Positions 13,400-28,987 of a DNA stretch of 64,000 bases are shown here, in pieces. Under the pieces are notes generated by a model. It was not told the origin of the DNA. It saw nothing but the letters and a program-made list of their open reading frames with translations, and made no database searches. The stretch is taken from assembly GCF_009914755.1 (NCBI RefSeq), contig NC_060942.1. One strand, given 5' to 3'. The position numbers and the translations under genes were made by a program. Within the stretch, counting starts at the first letter, position 1, and each line of letters opens with the position of its first letter. Origin of the DNA: the human T2T-CHM13v2.0 reference genome, Homo sapiens.

Positions 13400-13820
13400 A
13401 CAGTATTACTGATTTTCTGTCTGGCTTTTCTAACATTAATTGAAGGAAGAAGGCTGAAGTTAACAGTTATAATTGTGGAAGTGTCTACTTCTTCTTTTTC
13501 TTTTATCTATTTTTGTTTCATATGTATTGAAGATCTGTGGTTATTCATGAATACATTTGGGGTTGTTTTTTTCCCCTGATAAATTGACTTCTTTATTGTT
13601 ATGGAATGCTTGTCAATGTTTCTGGAAATATATAACAAAAATAAGGACACTTTGATCTAACTTGTCTGACATTAATGCAGACAGTGCAGTGTTCCTTAGA
13701 TTAGTGTATGTATGACATGTATTGGTCATCTTGCTGCTTTTAGCGTATCTATGTCTTAATATATAAATTGGCTTATGGTAAAGAGCATAAAATTAAGAAT
13801 TGTTTTTTATCCAAACTAAC
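13400..13820 (-). mobile_element. Old L1M ORF2 (endonuclease region) fragment
   Basis: actgattttctgtct...ttataattgtgga...ttgtctgacattaat...tttttatcca. Confidence 0.7.
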
Positions 13821-13829
13821 ACTTCATAT

Positions 13830-15655
13830 AATTTTTATTGATACATAATATTTGTACATTTGTATGGGATACATGTAATATTTTGTTCTGTTGTTGGTGG
13901 GTGGGCCGGTTTGACTTCGCCAAACAGAATTTGAAAGTGAGTCCAAAGTAAGAGTAAGCAAAGGAATTTATGGCAAAACAAATGCATGCTCTGAGAGAGA
14001 GGGAGAGAGAGAGAGAGAGACAGAGTGAGACAGAGACAGAGAGAGAGCCCCTAGTGCCTTGAGGGAAATTCCCTTTATGGGAACTGTACATGCATATTCA
14101 TAGAATACTGATGAGGTCAAGTATGTAAAGGCAGACCTGCAATTGGAATGTGGGCTCAGGGTCTATGTGCCCTAACACACATCACATGTATCATTAGGGT
14201 ATAAAATCTCTACCTAGGGATGATTTTTTTACTATTAAAATGAGGGAAAGTTTACTATAAGCTAAACCTTGAGCCTAGCTGCATAGGCAGGACCCTGGAA
14301 AAACTCCTAGCCAACCCCAAGGCAGGAATTTGTAGCTAATAGCTTTGTGGGCTTTTGGTGCTGATTGGTTGGAGATTGAGGAAGTTACATGAGGAGTAAG
14401 GGACTTTTATTCTTTTTTCCACGCCAATATTGGGTATCAGGAACTTGTAAGCATCTGGTGGTCTGGTGGTATCCTGTAGGATGGTTTACTGTGCAAAAAC
14501 ATTACGTGCTGATGCACGAGGGGGTAGAGCCCACTGGGCTTCATACAGAGGGACAAGTCAGTGGCCTCCTAATCTTACTTGTCCTGCCTCAGTTACATGC
14601 ATAGAATGTGTCATGGTCATGTCAGGGTATTTAGGATATCCATCCCCTCGAGTATTTATAGTATAGAGATTATAAATAATATAAAATTATAATATATATT
14701 ATACTAATAGCATTCTAAATACTCAAGGTGATGGATATTCTCTCTTTTAGTCCCCTCTTCCCCCAACTCACACATTTCCTAGTCTCTGGTGACTATTCTA
14801 CTTTCTACCTCAATGAGATCAACTTTTTACTTCCCACATATGAGTGAGAAAATGTGGTATTTGTCTTTCTGTGCCCGGCTTATTACACTTAACACAATGA
14901 CCTCCAGTCCCATCTATGTTGCTGTACATGTCAGGATTTCATTTTTATGGCTGAGTAGTATTCCATTTTGTATATAAACACATTTTTTTAAATCCATTCA
15001 TCCACTGATGGACACTGAAGTTGATTCTACATCTTTGCTATTGCAAATAGTGCTGCAATAAACATGGGGGTACAGGTATTCTTTTGATATATTAATTTCC
15101 TTTCCTTTGGATAAATACCCAATAGTGAGATACTCAATCATATTTTTCTATTTTCAGTTTTAGTTTTATTTTCTCTTCGAAATCTTTATTCTGTTATTCA
15201 TAGTGGCCATACTAATTTACACTCCCACCAGCAGTATATGAGTTCCCTTTTCTCACCTTCACCAATATCTGTTATTTTTTTGTCTTTGTAAGAATAGTTA
15301 TTCTTATGGGGTCAAGATGATATCTGATGATTTGCACTTGTCTGACAATTAGTGATGTTTAGCACTTTTCCATATATCTGCTGGCTATTTGTATGTCTTC
15401 TTTTGAGTACTGTCTATTCATACCCTTTGCCCACTTTTTAATGAGAGTATTTGTTTTTTGTTTTCTGTTGGGTATTTTGTGTGTTTTGGTTCTGTTTTGT
15501 TTACTGTTTAGCTGTTTTATTTCCTTGTATATTCTGGATATTAGCTTTTTCTCGGTTGAATAGTTTGCAAATATTAACAGATTTTTCTTTGCTCTGTTGA
15601 TTGTTTTCTCTTCTGGGGAGATTATTTTTAGTTTAATATAGTCCCATTTGTCTAT
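13830..15655 (-). mobile_element. L1MA4-like 3' portion, split by an ERV1 LTR
   Basis: ttttattgatacataatatttgtacatt...; resumes at 14592 (gttacatgcatagaatg) and continues as 3'UTR and ORF2 end (ORF 15359-15979 contains DKWDYIKLK...KKLISRIYKE). Confidence 0.88.
13889..14591 (-). mobile_element. ERV1 solo LTR (MER4-group-like) with internal (GA)n
   Basis: TG...CA ends (the minus strand begins tgaggcagga), 4-bp TSD gttc/gtta, and a precise interruption of the L1MA 3' end. Confidence 0.85.
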
Positions 15656-16236
<581 letters not shown>

Positions 16237-17309
16237 CCATGCGGCTTTTAAAGCTTGAAAAGTAATGGTATGTACTTGCCACTAACTCTTTCATTTAATC
16301 AGTACTATAATGCTTTGAGGAAAGTTTTTATTTTTTAATTTTTTTTTAACCACCGTTTGCCAATAAGTAAACTAGAGCAATTAAAACATCCTGTCTTACG
16401 TCAGCACTAAGAGTTGAAGCTAAGATTCAAAGTTGGAATTTGTATCCATAATCTTCATAGTATGCATCATCCATGTCTTAATAGTGATCTCAAATCAATC
16501 TATGTAAACTAAAAAGCACAACACTCCTATCCTTTTTTGTAATTTACTTTTATATAGCAAATAGAAGAAAGATGAAAACAGTCTTCTCGCCTGAAGCTGC
16601 TGATTTACTACTACTGAAAAGAGGAAATCTTAAGATTCTAGGATTAGACTTAAAACTCAAAGACTAATGCCGTCTCCTGGAGTGTTGATAATATTTTATG
16701 ATTTTAGAGTCTAAATTTAGATACTTATAACTGAGAATCTTAGCTTCTTTCTCCTGATTAAATGAGAATAGGATATATGCCCTCCATTTATTAATCATGA
16801 TATGAGACTAAGTAGATACAGAAGATATTGCTCCCAACACAAGATCACACATCAGCTGTCTAAAAGGAAAAAAATGCATTTTTTAAGCAATAATTTTTCA
16901 CTGTAATAGTCTGAGAATAAAATATTGGAAAAAAGAGGGTTTTCTTGTTTTTGTTTTTGATTTTACTAATATGAAGAAAAGGACTGACTTATAACTGTGA
17001 CTGTAAGCTAAGAAGTATCTTAGCTAATTGCTAGAGAAAAAATGCATGAATTTATACTAAACAGTAGAATGTTTGAAATAAATATTTAATTTACAAGTTT
17101 CATATAAATTGTTGTATAATATAAATGTGATGAAAAGTATTTAATATAAATGTATGAATAATATGTGTTAAAATATCTACATTTTATGATAAAGTAAGAC
17201 ATATTGCCATTTCTAAATATTTGTGTGTCCTAGAAAATCTTTGGCAATCTTTCTGTATTCTTGATGTAGGCATTTAACATCTACTAAGTCCCATATCATA
17301 AATATATTA

Positions 17310-17548
17310 TATATGATTTTAGTAGCTTCTTGTTAAATTGATTCTTTATTATTATATAATGACCTTGTCTTTTATTTAGTGATGTTGATATAAAGTCTGT
17401 TTTGTCTGACATAAGTATAAATATGTCTGCTTGTTTTGGTTTCCATTTGCATGGAATATTTTTTCCTATCCTTTTACCTTCAATATATAAGTGTCTTTAT
17501 TAGTTGTGTAGGTTACTTCTAAGCAGCATATGATTGGATCAAGGTTTT
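17310..17548 (-). mobile_element. Old host L1 ORF2 5' region, left part
   Basis: attatataatgacctt...aaagtctgttttgtctga...tttccatttgcatggaatat...aagcagcata. Continues at 27776. Confidence 0.8.
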
Positions 17549-20500
17549 GTTTAATTTGAATTTGGGGGTACGTAGTAGTTGTATATATTTCTGGGGTACA
17601 TGAGATGTTTTGACACAGGCAGGAAAGGCATAATAATCACATCATGAAAAATGAGGTATTTGTCCCCTCAAACATTTATTCTTTCTGTTACCAACAATCT
17701 AATTTTACTCTTTTAGATATTTAAGTGTACAAATAGATTATTGTTGACTACAGTCACCCTAATGTACTATCAAATTGTAGGCCTTACTAAATCTTTATGT
17801 TTTGTACCTATTAAATAAACCCACCTTCCTCCAGTCCCACACTAACTTCTCAGCCTCTAATACCATCCTGCTACTCTCCATGTTCAATGTTTAATTGGTT
17901 TGATTTTTAGACCCACAAAGAAGTGAGAACATGTGATGTCTGTCTTTCTGTGCCTGGCTTATTTCACTTAACCAAATAATCTCCAGTTCCATCCATGTCG
18001 TTGTATATGACAGAATCTCATTCTTTTATATGGCTGAATGGTTTCTGTTTCATATTTGTATCACATTAACATTACTCATTCATATGTTGACAAACACTTA
18101 GGTTGCTTCCAAATCTTGGGTGTTGTGAACAGTGCTGCAGTACACATGGGAGTGCAGATATCTCTTTAATATGCTAATCTCTTTTCTTTGGGTATATTCC
18201 CAGAAGTGGAATTGGTGGATTATGTAATAGCTCAATTTTTAGTGTTCTGAGGAACCTCCAAACTATTCTCCATAGTGGCTGTAGTAATTTACATTCCCAT
18301 CAATATTGTATGAGGGTTGCATCTTCTTCACATTCTCACCAGCATTGGCTAGTGCCTGCCTTTTAGATATTTTAACTGAGGCAAGATGATATTTCATTGT
18401 AGTTTTGATTTGCATTTCTCTGATGATCAATTATGTTGAGCACCTTTTCATATGCCCATTTGTCATTTGTACATCTTCTTTTCAGAAACGTCAACTCAAA
18501 TCTTTTGCACATTTTTAATTGGACTATTAGATTTTTCCTGTAGAGTTGAGGACCTTATATATTCTAGTTATTAATCCCTTGTCAGATGAGTACTTTGAAA
18601 ATATTTTCTTCCATTCTGTGGGTTGTCTCTTCAACTTTATGGATTGTTTTCTTAGTTGTGCAGTTTTTCACGTTGATGTGATCCCATTTGTCCATTTTTA
18701 CTTTGGTTGCCTATGCTTATAGGGCACACTTTAAAAATTTTTGCCCAGACCAATGTCCTGGAGATTTTCCTCAAAGTTTTCTTGTAGTAGTTTCATGGCT
18801 TAAGGTCTTAGATTTAACTCTTTTATCCATTTTGATTTGATTTCTGTATATGGTGAGAGATAAGGGTCTAGATTCATTCTTCTACATATCGATATCCAGT
18901 TTTCCCAGCACCATTTATTGAAGGAACTCTCTATTGCCTTATGTAGGTTCTTGGCACCTTTGTTGAAAATGAGTTCACTCTTGTTTGTGAATTTTTTTTC
19001 TGGGTTCTTTATTCCGTTCTATTGATTTGTGTGTCTGATTTTATGCCAGTACCATGCTGTTTTGGTTACTATAGCTCTGTAGTATAATTTGAAGTCAGAT
19101 AATGTTATTCCTCCAGTTTTGTTATTTTTTGCTCAGGACAGCTTTGCCTATCTGGGTCTTATGTGGTTTTATATACATTTTACAATACTTTTTTTTGATT
19201 TCTGTGAAGAAATAGAATTGGTATTTTGTTAGAGATTGCATTGAATCTATAGATTGCTTTGGGTAGTATGGACATTTTAGCAATATTGATTCTTCCAATC
19301 CATAAATATAAAACATCTTTTCATTTTTTGGTGTCCTTTTCAATTTTTTTCATCAATATATTATAGTTTTCATTATAGAGATCTTTGGTTTCTTTGGTTA
19401 ATTCCCAGGTATTTAATTTTGTATGTGGCTTTTATACATGTTTTTTTTTAATTTCATTTTCAGATTTTTCACTGTTGGCATATAGAAATGCTACTGATTT
19501 CTTTAGGTTGATTTTGTATTCTGGAACTTTATTGTTTATCAATTCAAATAGTTTTTTGGTGAAGTCTTTAGTTTTTTTTCAGATATAAGATTATATTATC
19601 AGCATACAAGGATAATTTGACTTTTTTTTTCCATTTGGATGTGGTTTATTTCTTTCTCTGGTCTGATTGCTCTAGCTAGGAACTTCCAGTACTATGGTGA
19701 ATAGCAGTGCTGAAAGTAGGTGTGCTTGTTGTGATCCAGATCTGAAAGGAAAGGCTTTCAGTTTTTTAAATTCAGTATGATACTAGCTGTGGGTCTGTCA
19801 TACATGGCTTTTATTTTGTTGAGATGTGTTCCTTCTATCCCCAGTTCTCTGATGTGCTATACTTTTTATCATGAAGGGATGTCGAATTTGATCAAATGCT
19901 TCTTCACCATCAATTGAAATGATTACAGTTTTGTTCCTCATTCTGTTGCTCTATGCTTCACATTGATTGATTTGCTTATGTAGAACCATCCTTGCATCCC
20001 AGTAATAAATCACATGTAGTCATAAGGAATGATTTTTAAAAAATCTATTGCTGAATTCAATTTGCTAGTATTTTGTTGAGGATTTTTGCATCAATACTCA
20101 TCAGATATATTGGCCTGTAGTTTAATTTATTTGATGTCTCTCCCTGGTATTGATATCAGTGTAATAATGGCCTTGTAGAATCAGTTTGGAAGCACTTCCT
20201 CTGCTCTGTTTTTTGGAATAGCTTGAGTAGGCTTGGTATCCATTCTTTAAATGTTTGGTAGAATTTAGCAGTGTAGCCATTGAGTCCCAGGCCTTTTATT
20301 TTTAGGTCGTTTTATTATGGCTTCAGTCTTGTTACTGGTTATTAGTCTGTTCAGGTGTTGGATTTCTTTATGGTTCAATCTTGGTAGCTTCTATGTAACT
20401 GAGGGTTTGTCCATTTCTTCCAGATTTACCATATAGTTGCTCATAGTAGCCACTAATGATCCTTTAACTTTATGCAGTATCAGTTGTAATGTCTTCTTTT

Positions 20501-22810
20501 TCATTTCTGATTTTATTTATTTAGATCTCTCTTTTTTTCTCAGTCTGGCTAAAGTTTGTCAATTTTTTTTTAACTTTTTAAAAAACTAACTTTGCTGCAT
20601 CAATTATTTATATTTTTTCATTTCAATTTCATTTATTTCTGCTTTGATCTTCATTATTTCTTTACTTTTACTTATTTTGGATTCAACTTTCTTTTGCTTT
20701 TCTAGTTGTTTAAGATGTATCATTAGGTCATTTATTTGAAGTTTCTCTTCTTTTTGATGTAGGTATTTATAGATATAAACTTTCCTCTTAGTACTGATTT
20801 TACTGTGTCCCACAGGTTTTTGTATGTTGTGTTTGCATTATAATTTGTTTCAATAAACTTTTCAAATTATTTATTAATGTTTTCATTGACTTACTGATTA
20901 TCCAGGAGCATGTTTTTAATTTCCATCTGTTTGTGCAATTTTCAGAATTTCTCCTGTTAAGATGCTTGATATTATTTCAGTTTTTTAAATGTACTAAGAC
21001 TGTTTTTGTGACCTAACATATAGTCCTAACATATAGTCTATCCTTGAAAATGATCCATGTGTTGCAGGAATGTGTATTCTGCAGTCATTGGGTGAAATCT
21101 TCTATAAATATACATTAGAATCATTTAGTCTGTAGTGCAGATTAAGTCTGATATTTCTTTGTTGATTTTCTGTCTGGAAAATGTGTCCAATGCTGAAAGT
21201 AGGATGTTGATGTCCAGCTATTATACTGGGGAGGGGGGGTCTCTCTCTCTTTAGCTCTAATAATATTTGCTTTATATATCTAGGTACTCCAGTGTTGAGT
21301 GTGTATATATTTAGAAACATATTCTTTTGCTGAATTGACCTCTTTATCATTATATAATGACCTTCTTTGTCTCTTTTTGTAGTTTTTATCTTGAAGTCTA
21401 TTTTGTCTGGTATAAGCATAGTGACTCCTGCTCTTTTTTTGTTTCTCATTGGCATGGGATATCTTTTTCCATCACTTTAATTTCAGTCTATGTTTGTCTT
21501 TATAGGTGAAATGTGTTTCTTGTAGGCAACAGATCAATGAGTCTTTTTCAATCCATTCAGCCACTCTGTATCTGTTGATTGGAGTGTTCAGCCCATCTAC
21601 ATTAAATATTAGTATTGATAATTAAGTACTTACTCCTGCCATTTTGTTATTTGTTTTCTACTGATTTTCTGGTCCTCTCTTCCTTCCTTCCTTCCTGTTT
21701 TTATATTAGTGAAGCTGATTTTCTCTGGTGATATAATTTAGTTTTTGCTTTTCATTTTGTCTGTATTCATTGTATGTTTTTTGATTTGAGGTTACCATGA
21801 GGCTTGCAAATACTCTTATAAATCATTATTTTAAGCTTATATAATACCATAACACTTTGCATAAAGAAACAAGCAAGCAAAATGAACACTAATAAACAAC
21901 CTACACCTTAACTTCATCCCCTGCTCTTTAACATTTTGTTGTTTCTATTTATATCTTATTGTACGGTGTATATCTTGAAAACTTGTCAAATATTGATTGT
22001 TTAACCTTTCAATCTTTCTACTTAGCATAAGAGTACACACTATAAAGTGTTATAACATTCTTGTTTTCCTGTATATTTACTATTAACAATGAGCTTTGTA
22101 CTCCCAGATGATTACTTAATGCTCATTAACATTCTTTTCTTTCTATTTGAAGTATTCCCTTTAGCATTTATTGCAGGACAGGTCTGGTATTGATGAAATC
22201 TATCAGCTTTTGTTTACTGGAAAAGTCTTTATTTTTCCTTCACGTTAGAGAGACATTTTTGGCAGATAAATATTCTGTGGTAAAAGTTTTACTCCTTCAG
22301 CATTTTAAATATGTTATGCCACTCTTTCTGGCCTGTAAGCTTTCTACTGAACAGTCTGTAGCCAGACGTATTGGAGCTCCTTTGTATGTTATTTGTTTAT
22401 TTTATCTTGCTACTTTTAGGATCATTTCTTTATCTTTGATCTTTGGGAATTTGATTATTAAACACCTTGAGGTAATCTTTGTGATAAATCTGCTCTTTAT
22501 TCTATAACCTTCTTGTGCTTGGATATTGACATCTTTATCTTCTCAAACCTAACTTCTCTAGGTTTGAAAAGCTCTGTTATTTCTTTGAATAAACTTCCTA
22601 CCCCTATTTTTTTCTCTGCCTCTTTTTTAAGTAGCTCTTAGATTTGCCCTTTCGAGGGTATTTTCTAGATCCTGTAGGTGTGCCTTATTGTTTTTTATTC
22701 TTTTTTCTTTTGTCTTCTCTGTGTATTTTCAAATAGACTGATTTTAGGCTCATCAGTTCTCTCTTCTGCTTAATCAGTTCTACTATTTAAAGACTCTGAT
22801 GCATTCTTGA

Positions 22811-23203
<393 letters not shown>

Positions 23204-25221
23204 TGATTCTTTTTAATTACTGTAATCTCCAGGTTAAATTTATCTGATAGAATTCTGAATTATTTCTCTGTGTTGTCATGTATTTCTTTGAATTTCTTCA
23301 AAACATCTATTTCAAGTTCTCTGTCTGAAAGAAAACATATTGCTGTTTCTCCAGGATTGGTCCCTGATGCCTTACGTAGTTCATTTGGTGAGGACCACGT
23401 TTTCCTTGATTTTCTTGACACTTGTAGATTTTCATCCATGTCTGGGCATTGAAGAGTAAGGTATTCATTTTAGTCATCACCATTTGGGCTTGTTCGTATC
23501 TTTCCTTCTTGAGAAGGCTTTCCAGATATTTGAAAAAACTTGGGTTTTGTGATCTAAGCTGTATATTCTTTAGGGAGCACCTTAAGCCCAGTAATGTTTT
23601 GATTCTTGCAGACCCAAAGAGGTACCGCTTTGATGATCATGAACAAGATCTGGGAGAATTCTCTGGATTAAAAGGCAGAGACTTGTTCTCTTCCCTTCTT
23701 TTTCCCCAGGTAAATGTAGTCTCTCTCTCTTTTCTGAGCCACAAGAAGCTGAGGGTTGAGTGGCACAAGCATCCCATTTGGCCACCACCACTAGGACTGT
23801 GCTAAGTCAGACCCACAGCTAGCACTGCACTGGGTTTCACACAACGCCTGGTGTAACCACTCCCTGGCTACTGTCTATGTTCACTCAAGGCCCTGGGAAT
23901 CTATAATCAACAGGTGGCAAAGCTATCTAGAACTGTGTCCTTCCCTTCAAACCAGTGAGTTCCTCTGGCTCTGGGTGGGTCCATAGGTACCAACTAGGCA
24001 CCAGAGACAAGAGTCAAGAATCTTAAGAGTCTATCTGGTATTCTATTGTATGGTGGCTGAGCTGACACTCAAACCACAAGACATAGTGCTGCCCACTCTT
24101 CTCTCCTCTTTCCAAAGGCAGAGGAGCCTCACCCTGTGGCCGCCACCACAACATGTCCACAAGGAGTACTGCCAGACTATTGCTGATGATGTCTTATGGA
24201 CCAAGTTCTCTTCAGTCAGCTTGTGGTGAATGCTGCCAGGCCAGGGATTCATTCTTCAGGGAAGTGGGCTTTCCTCTGGCCCAGGGCAGGTCCAGAAATG
24301 CCATCCAAGAGCCGCATCCTGGAATCAGGGACCCCAAGGGCCCATTTTATGTTCTACCCACTTGTGGCCAAGCTGGTATGTAAAGTGCAAAACAAAGCTC
24401 CCTTTCCTTTTCCATCTGCATTTCTCAAGCAGAGGGAATCTCATCCTGTAGCTACCATAGATGCAACTATGCTGAGTCTCACCTAAAGGCAGTTAGTCTC
24501 AGAATCTTACCCAAAGCCCTCAACATAGTACCTGGGTATTGCTGTTAGTTATTCAGGGCCCAAGGGCTCTTCAGTTAGCAGGTGATATATTCTGCAAAGA
24601 TTGGGTCTTTCTCTTCAAAGCAGCATATTCCCTTCTGGCCAAGGGTGTGCCTAGTATGTGCCTAGTAGTGTCATCCAGGATCTAGGGAATATAGAGAGGG
24701 ACCCTCACAACTCTGACCAGTGGCCCGTCTGCTGTGGTTTAACTGGCATCCCAGATGCAAGACAAAGTTTTCCCCACTCCTCCATCTCCTCTCCTCAAGC
24801 AGATGGAAGGGGTCTTTTGAAGTTGTGAGCTATGCAGCCTGAGGTTAGGGGAGGGGTGATACCAGTATTCCCTTAGCTGCCCCAGCTGGTGTTTCATTAG
24901 GTCACAACTCCCCCTCCTCCTCCTGCATGGTCCCCACCTTCCCTAGTAACTGGCTATGGGCCCAGCTCAGCAGTAGGACTCAGCTAGCAGTTGCAGTTCT
25001 TGTAGCCTAGACTGCCCTTCAAGTTTATTTTGATCCCCAGTGTACTTTATTCTACAGTGGTGAGGCTTGTGGGAACTCAAGTTCTTACTGCTGGGATCAA
25101 CAATTCACCTCTTACTGGGGCTTGTTTAAATGCTCCCTATGTGGGCTGAGTTTAGTCCAGTTTTTCTTTCTGCTATAACAGGACAATACTAAGCTCAATG
25201 CCTCAAGATTGCTGCACTCTC

Positions 25222-27503
25222 TGGATTAGTCCGTTTCCACCCTGCTGATAAAGACATACTTGAGACTGAGAAGAAAAAGTGGTTTTAATGGACTCACAAT
25301 TTCACGTGGCTGGGGAGGCCTCACAATCATGTGAGAAGGCAAAGAGAAGTAAGTCACATTACATGGATGGCAGCAGGCAAAAAGAGAGAGCTTGTGCAGG
25401 GGAACTCCTCTTTTTAAAACCATCAGATCTCCTGAGACTTATTCACTATTATAAGAACAGCAGGGGAAAGACTTGCCTCCATGATTCAATTATCTCCCAC
25501 TGGGCCCTTCCCATAACACGTGGAAATTATGGAAGCTACAAGATGAGATTTGGGTGGGGACAGTGTCAAACCATATCATTCTGCTTCTGGTCCCTCCCAA
25601 ATCTCATGTCGTCACATTTCAAAATGAATCTTGCCTTCCCAACAGTCACCCAACATCTTAACTCATTTCAGCATTAACTCAAAAGTCCACAGTCCAAAGT
25701 CTCATCCAAGACAAGGCAAGTGCCTTCTGCTTATGAGCCTGTAAAATCAAAAGCAAGTTAGCTACTTCCTAGATACAATGGGGTACAGGCATTGGGTAAA
25801 TACAGCTGTTGCAAATGGGAGAAGTTGGCCAAAACTAACGGGTTACAGACTCCATGCAAGTCCAAAATCCTGTGGGGCAGTCAAATTTTATAGCTCCAAC
25901 ATGATCTCCTTTGATTCCATATCTCACATCCAGGTCATTCTGATGCAAGAGGTAGGTTCCCATGGTCTTGGGCAGAACTGCCCCTGTGGTTTTTCAGGGT
26001 ACAGCTCCCCTCCCAGCTGCTCTCACAGGCTGGTGTTGAGTGTCTGTGGTTTTTCCAGGCACATGGTGCAACCTGTTGGTGTATCTACCATTCTGCGGTC
26101 TGGAAGATGACAGCCCTCTTCTCACAGCTCCACTAGGCAGTGCCCCAGTAGGGACTCTGTGTGGGGGCTCTGACTCCACATTTCCCTTTCACACTGCCCA
26201 AGTGGAAGTTTTCCATGAGGGCCCTGCCCTTGCAGCAAACTTCTGCCTGGACATCCAGGTGTTTCCATACATCCTCTGAAATCTAGGCGGAGGTTCCCAA
26301 GCCTCAGTTTTTGACTTTGGTGCACTGGCAGGCTCAACACCATACAAAAGCTGCAAAGGCCTGGGGCTTCCACTCTCTAAAGCAACAGCCCAAGCTTTAC
26401 TTTGGTCCTTTTTACCCATGTATGGAGTGACTGGAATGCAGGGTACCAAGTCCCTAGGCTGCAGAGAACAGAGAGACCCTGGGCCTGGACCATTAAACCA
26501 TCTTTTCCTCTTAGGTCTCTGGGCCTGTGAAGGGAAGGGCTGCCATGAATATTTCTGACATGCTCTGGAGACATTTTTCCCATTGTCTTGGAGATTAACA
26601 TTCGGCTGCTCCTTATATATGCAAATTTCTGCAGCTGACTTGAATTTCTCTTCAGAAAATGGGATTTTCTCTTCTATCGCATTGTCAGGCTGCAAATTTT
26701 CTGAACTTTTATGCTCTACTTTCCTTATAAAATTGAATGCCTTTAACAGCACCCAAGTCACATCTTGAATGCTCTGCTGCTTAGAAATCTATTTTGCCAG
26801 ACACCTTAAATCATCTCTCTCAAGTTCAAAATTCGACAAATTTCTAGGGCAGGGGCAAAATGCCACCAGTTTCTTTGCTGAAACATAACAAGAGTCACCT
26901 TTACTCCAGTTCCCAACAAGTTCCTCATCTCCATCTGAGACCACCTCAGCCTGGATTTCATTGTCCATATCATTACCAGCAATTTGATCAAAGCCATTCA
27001 ACAAGTTCCAAACTTTCCCACATTTTCCTGTCTTCTTCTGAGCCCTCCAAACTGTTCCAACCTCTGCCTGTTACCCAGTTCTGAAGTTACTTCCACATTT
27101 TTGGTATCTTTTCACCAGCACCTCACTGTACTGTTACTAATTTACTGTGTTAGTCCATTTTCACACGATTGATAAAGACATACCTGAGAATGGGAAGAAA
27201 AAAAGATTTTAACGGACTCACAGTTCCATGTGGTTGAGGAGGCCACACAATCATGGCGGAGGGCAGGGAGAAGCAAGTTGTGTTTTACACGGATGGCAGC
27301 AGGCAAAGAGAGCTTGTGCAGGGAAATTCCTCTTTATAGAAACCATCAGATTTTGTGAGACTTATTTACTATCACTAGAACAGCATGGGAAAGACCCAGC
27401 CCCATGATTCAATTATCTCCCACTGGGGCCCTCCCACAACACGTGGGAATTATGGGAGCTACAAGATGAGATTTGGATGGGGACACAGAGACAAACCCTA
27501 TCA
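25222..27503 (-). mobile_element. Complete THE1A/B MaLR element (LTR 27146-27503, internal 25579-27145, LTR 25222-25578)
   Basis: Two homologous LTRs, THE1-int ORF relics (DNEIQAEVVSDGDEELVGNWSKG, ENLQPDNAIEEKIPFSEEKFK) and a 5-bp TSD ctctc/ctgtc. Confidence 0.96.
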
Positions 27504-27775
27504 CTGTCCTTCCCCCAACACACATAAACATTATCTGCACCATGCCGCTGCTGTTGGGGGCGGGGGCGGTGGTGTCAGCAATTCAAGGCTGTTTTCTCTA
27601 TCTCTTCCATGTCTCTTTCAGTGATATGAAGTTAAAACTAGGCACTGTGAGTGCTCACTTGATTTTTGGCTCTCATTAAAGTCCTTTTTTGTGTACATAG
27701 TTGTTAAGTTGGTGTCCTTGCAGGAGAGATGATTGGTGGAGTCCTCTACCCAGCCAACTTGCTCCACCTTTCTCC

Positions 27776-28030
27776 TGCATCAAGATCTTTTAAAATCCAT
27801 TCTGTCAATCTATATCTTTTAAAAGGAGCAATTTATGTTCAAGGTTAATATTGACAGGTGAGGTATTTTTCCTGTCATAATGTTAATTGTTATCTAGTTG
27901 CTTTGCAGTCTCATTTGTCTAATTGTTTATTAGAGCTATGAGTTGCATACTTTTGTGTGTTTTCATCATGGTCAGTATTGACTTTTCATTTCCATTTTTA
28001 GAATTCTTTTGAGTATTTCTTGTAAGGGAG
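27776..28030 (-). mobile_element. Old host L1, right part
   Basis: aatccattctgtcaatctatatctttt...ttcaaggttaatattga continues the consensus interrupted at 17548. Confidence 0.75.
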
Positions 28031-28688
28031 GCAACGTTAAAGCTAAAGCTATTTCAAAAACAATCAAAAAAAGTCTTCGACAATCAGAGCAACATGTTTT
28101 GCAGGTATATGAGTAGCCACAAAGTCAAGTGAAAAGACTAAAGTGGCTTACTATTTTTTTAACCTTAAATCATGTGGTCTAAATAAATTATTTTAGAATA
28201 ATTTAGAAGAGAAAGAGATAATCACAAAATGAGGAAATTTTATCAGATAAGAGTTCTTTTGGTGAAATATCAGTATGTATTAATTCACTTGAGATATTTA
28301 CAATCCTAGATTGTCACCACTCTTTTAGGACTGGTGAGTGATTTCCCATAAATGTTGGATACCATAACCATATGAATGATATTTTGATCACATAGATAGA
28401 TAAACTCGACTAAGATAATCAGGAACAAAATCATTTAAGTGCACAATTTTGAGGTGTTCATTTATTGTGGAAATATTGATCGTATATACAGTGTAAATCA
28501 ATTTGCCAGTTGCTATAACAATAATGATGAATGAAATATGGCAAATCACCTTGAAGATACTAATTCATTTGTGGATAACTATTATTTGTTACAAAATAAG
28601 AACATATAAAGTTAAATAAACTTTTTTCTTCTATTTGCTTGCTTCTATATAGTTTTACAGGAAGATAAGACGCAGAAAATATGTTTTG

Positions 28689-28987
28689 GTGTTGTTTTTG
28701 TTTTGAGATGGAGTTTTACTCTAGTTGCCCAGACTGGAGTATAATGGCACAATCTTGGCTCACCGCAACCTCTGCCTCCCGAGTTCAAGCAATTCTGTTG
28801 CATCAGCCTCCTGAGTAGCTGGGATTATAGGCATGCACCACCTCGCCCAGCTAATTTTGTATTTTTTTAGTAGAGAGGGGTTTCTCCATGTTGGTCAGGC
28901 TGTTCTTGAACTCTCGACCTCAGGTGATCCACTCGCCTCGGCCTCCCAAAGTGCTAGGATTACAAGCGTGAGCCACCGTGCCTGGCC
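28689..28987 (-). mobile_element. AluSp
   Basis: tttctccatgttggtcagg and ctaattttgtat diagnostics. TSD gaaaatatgttttg / gaacatatgttttg. Confidence 0.95.

Noticed and set aside
26189-27004. 190-aa and 71-aa ORFs
   Set aside because: Broken THE1-internal ORF relics typical of the family.
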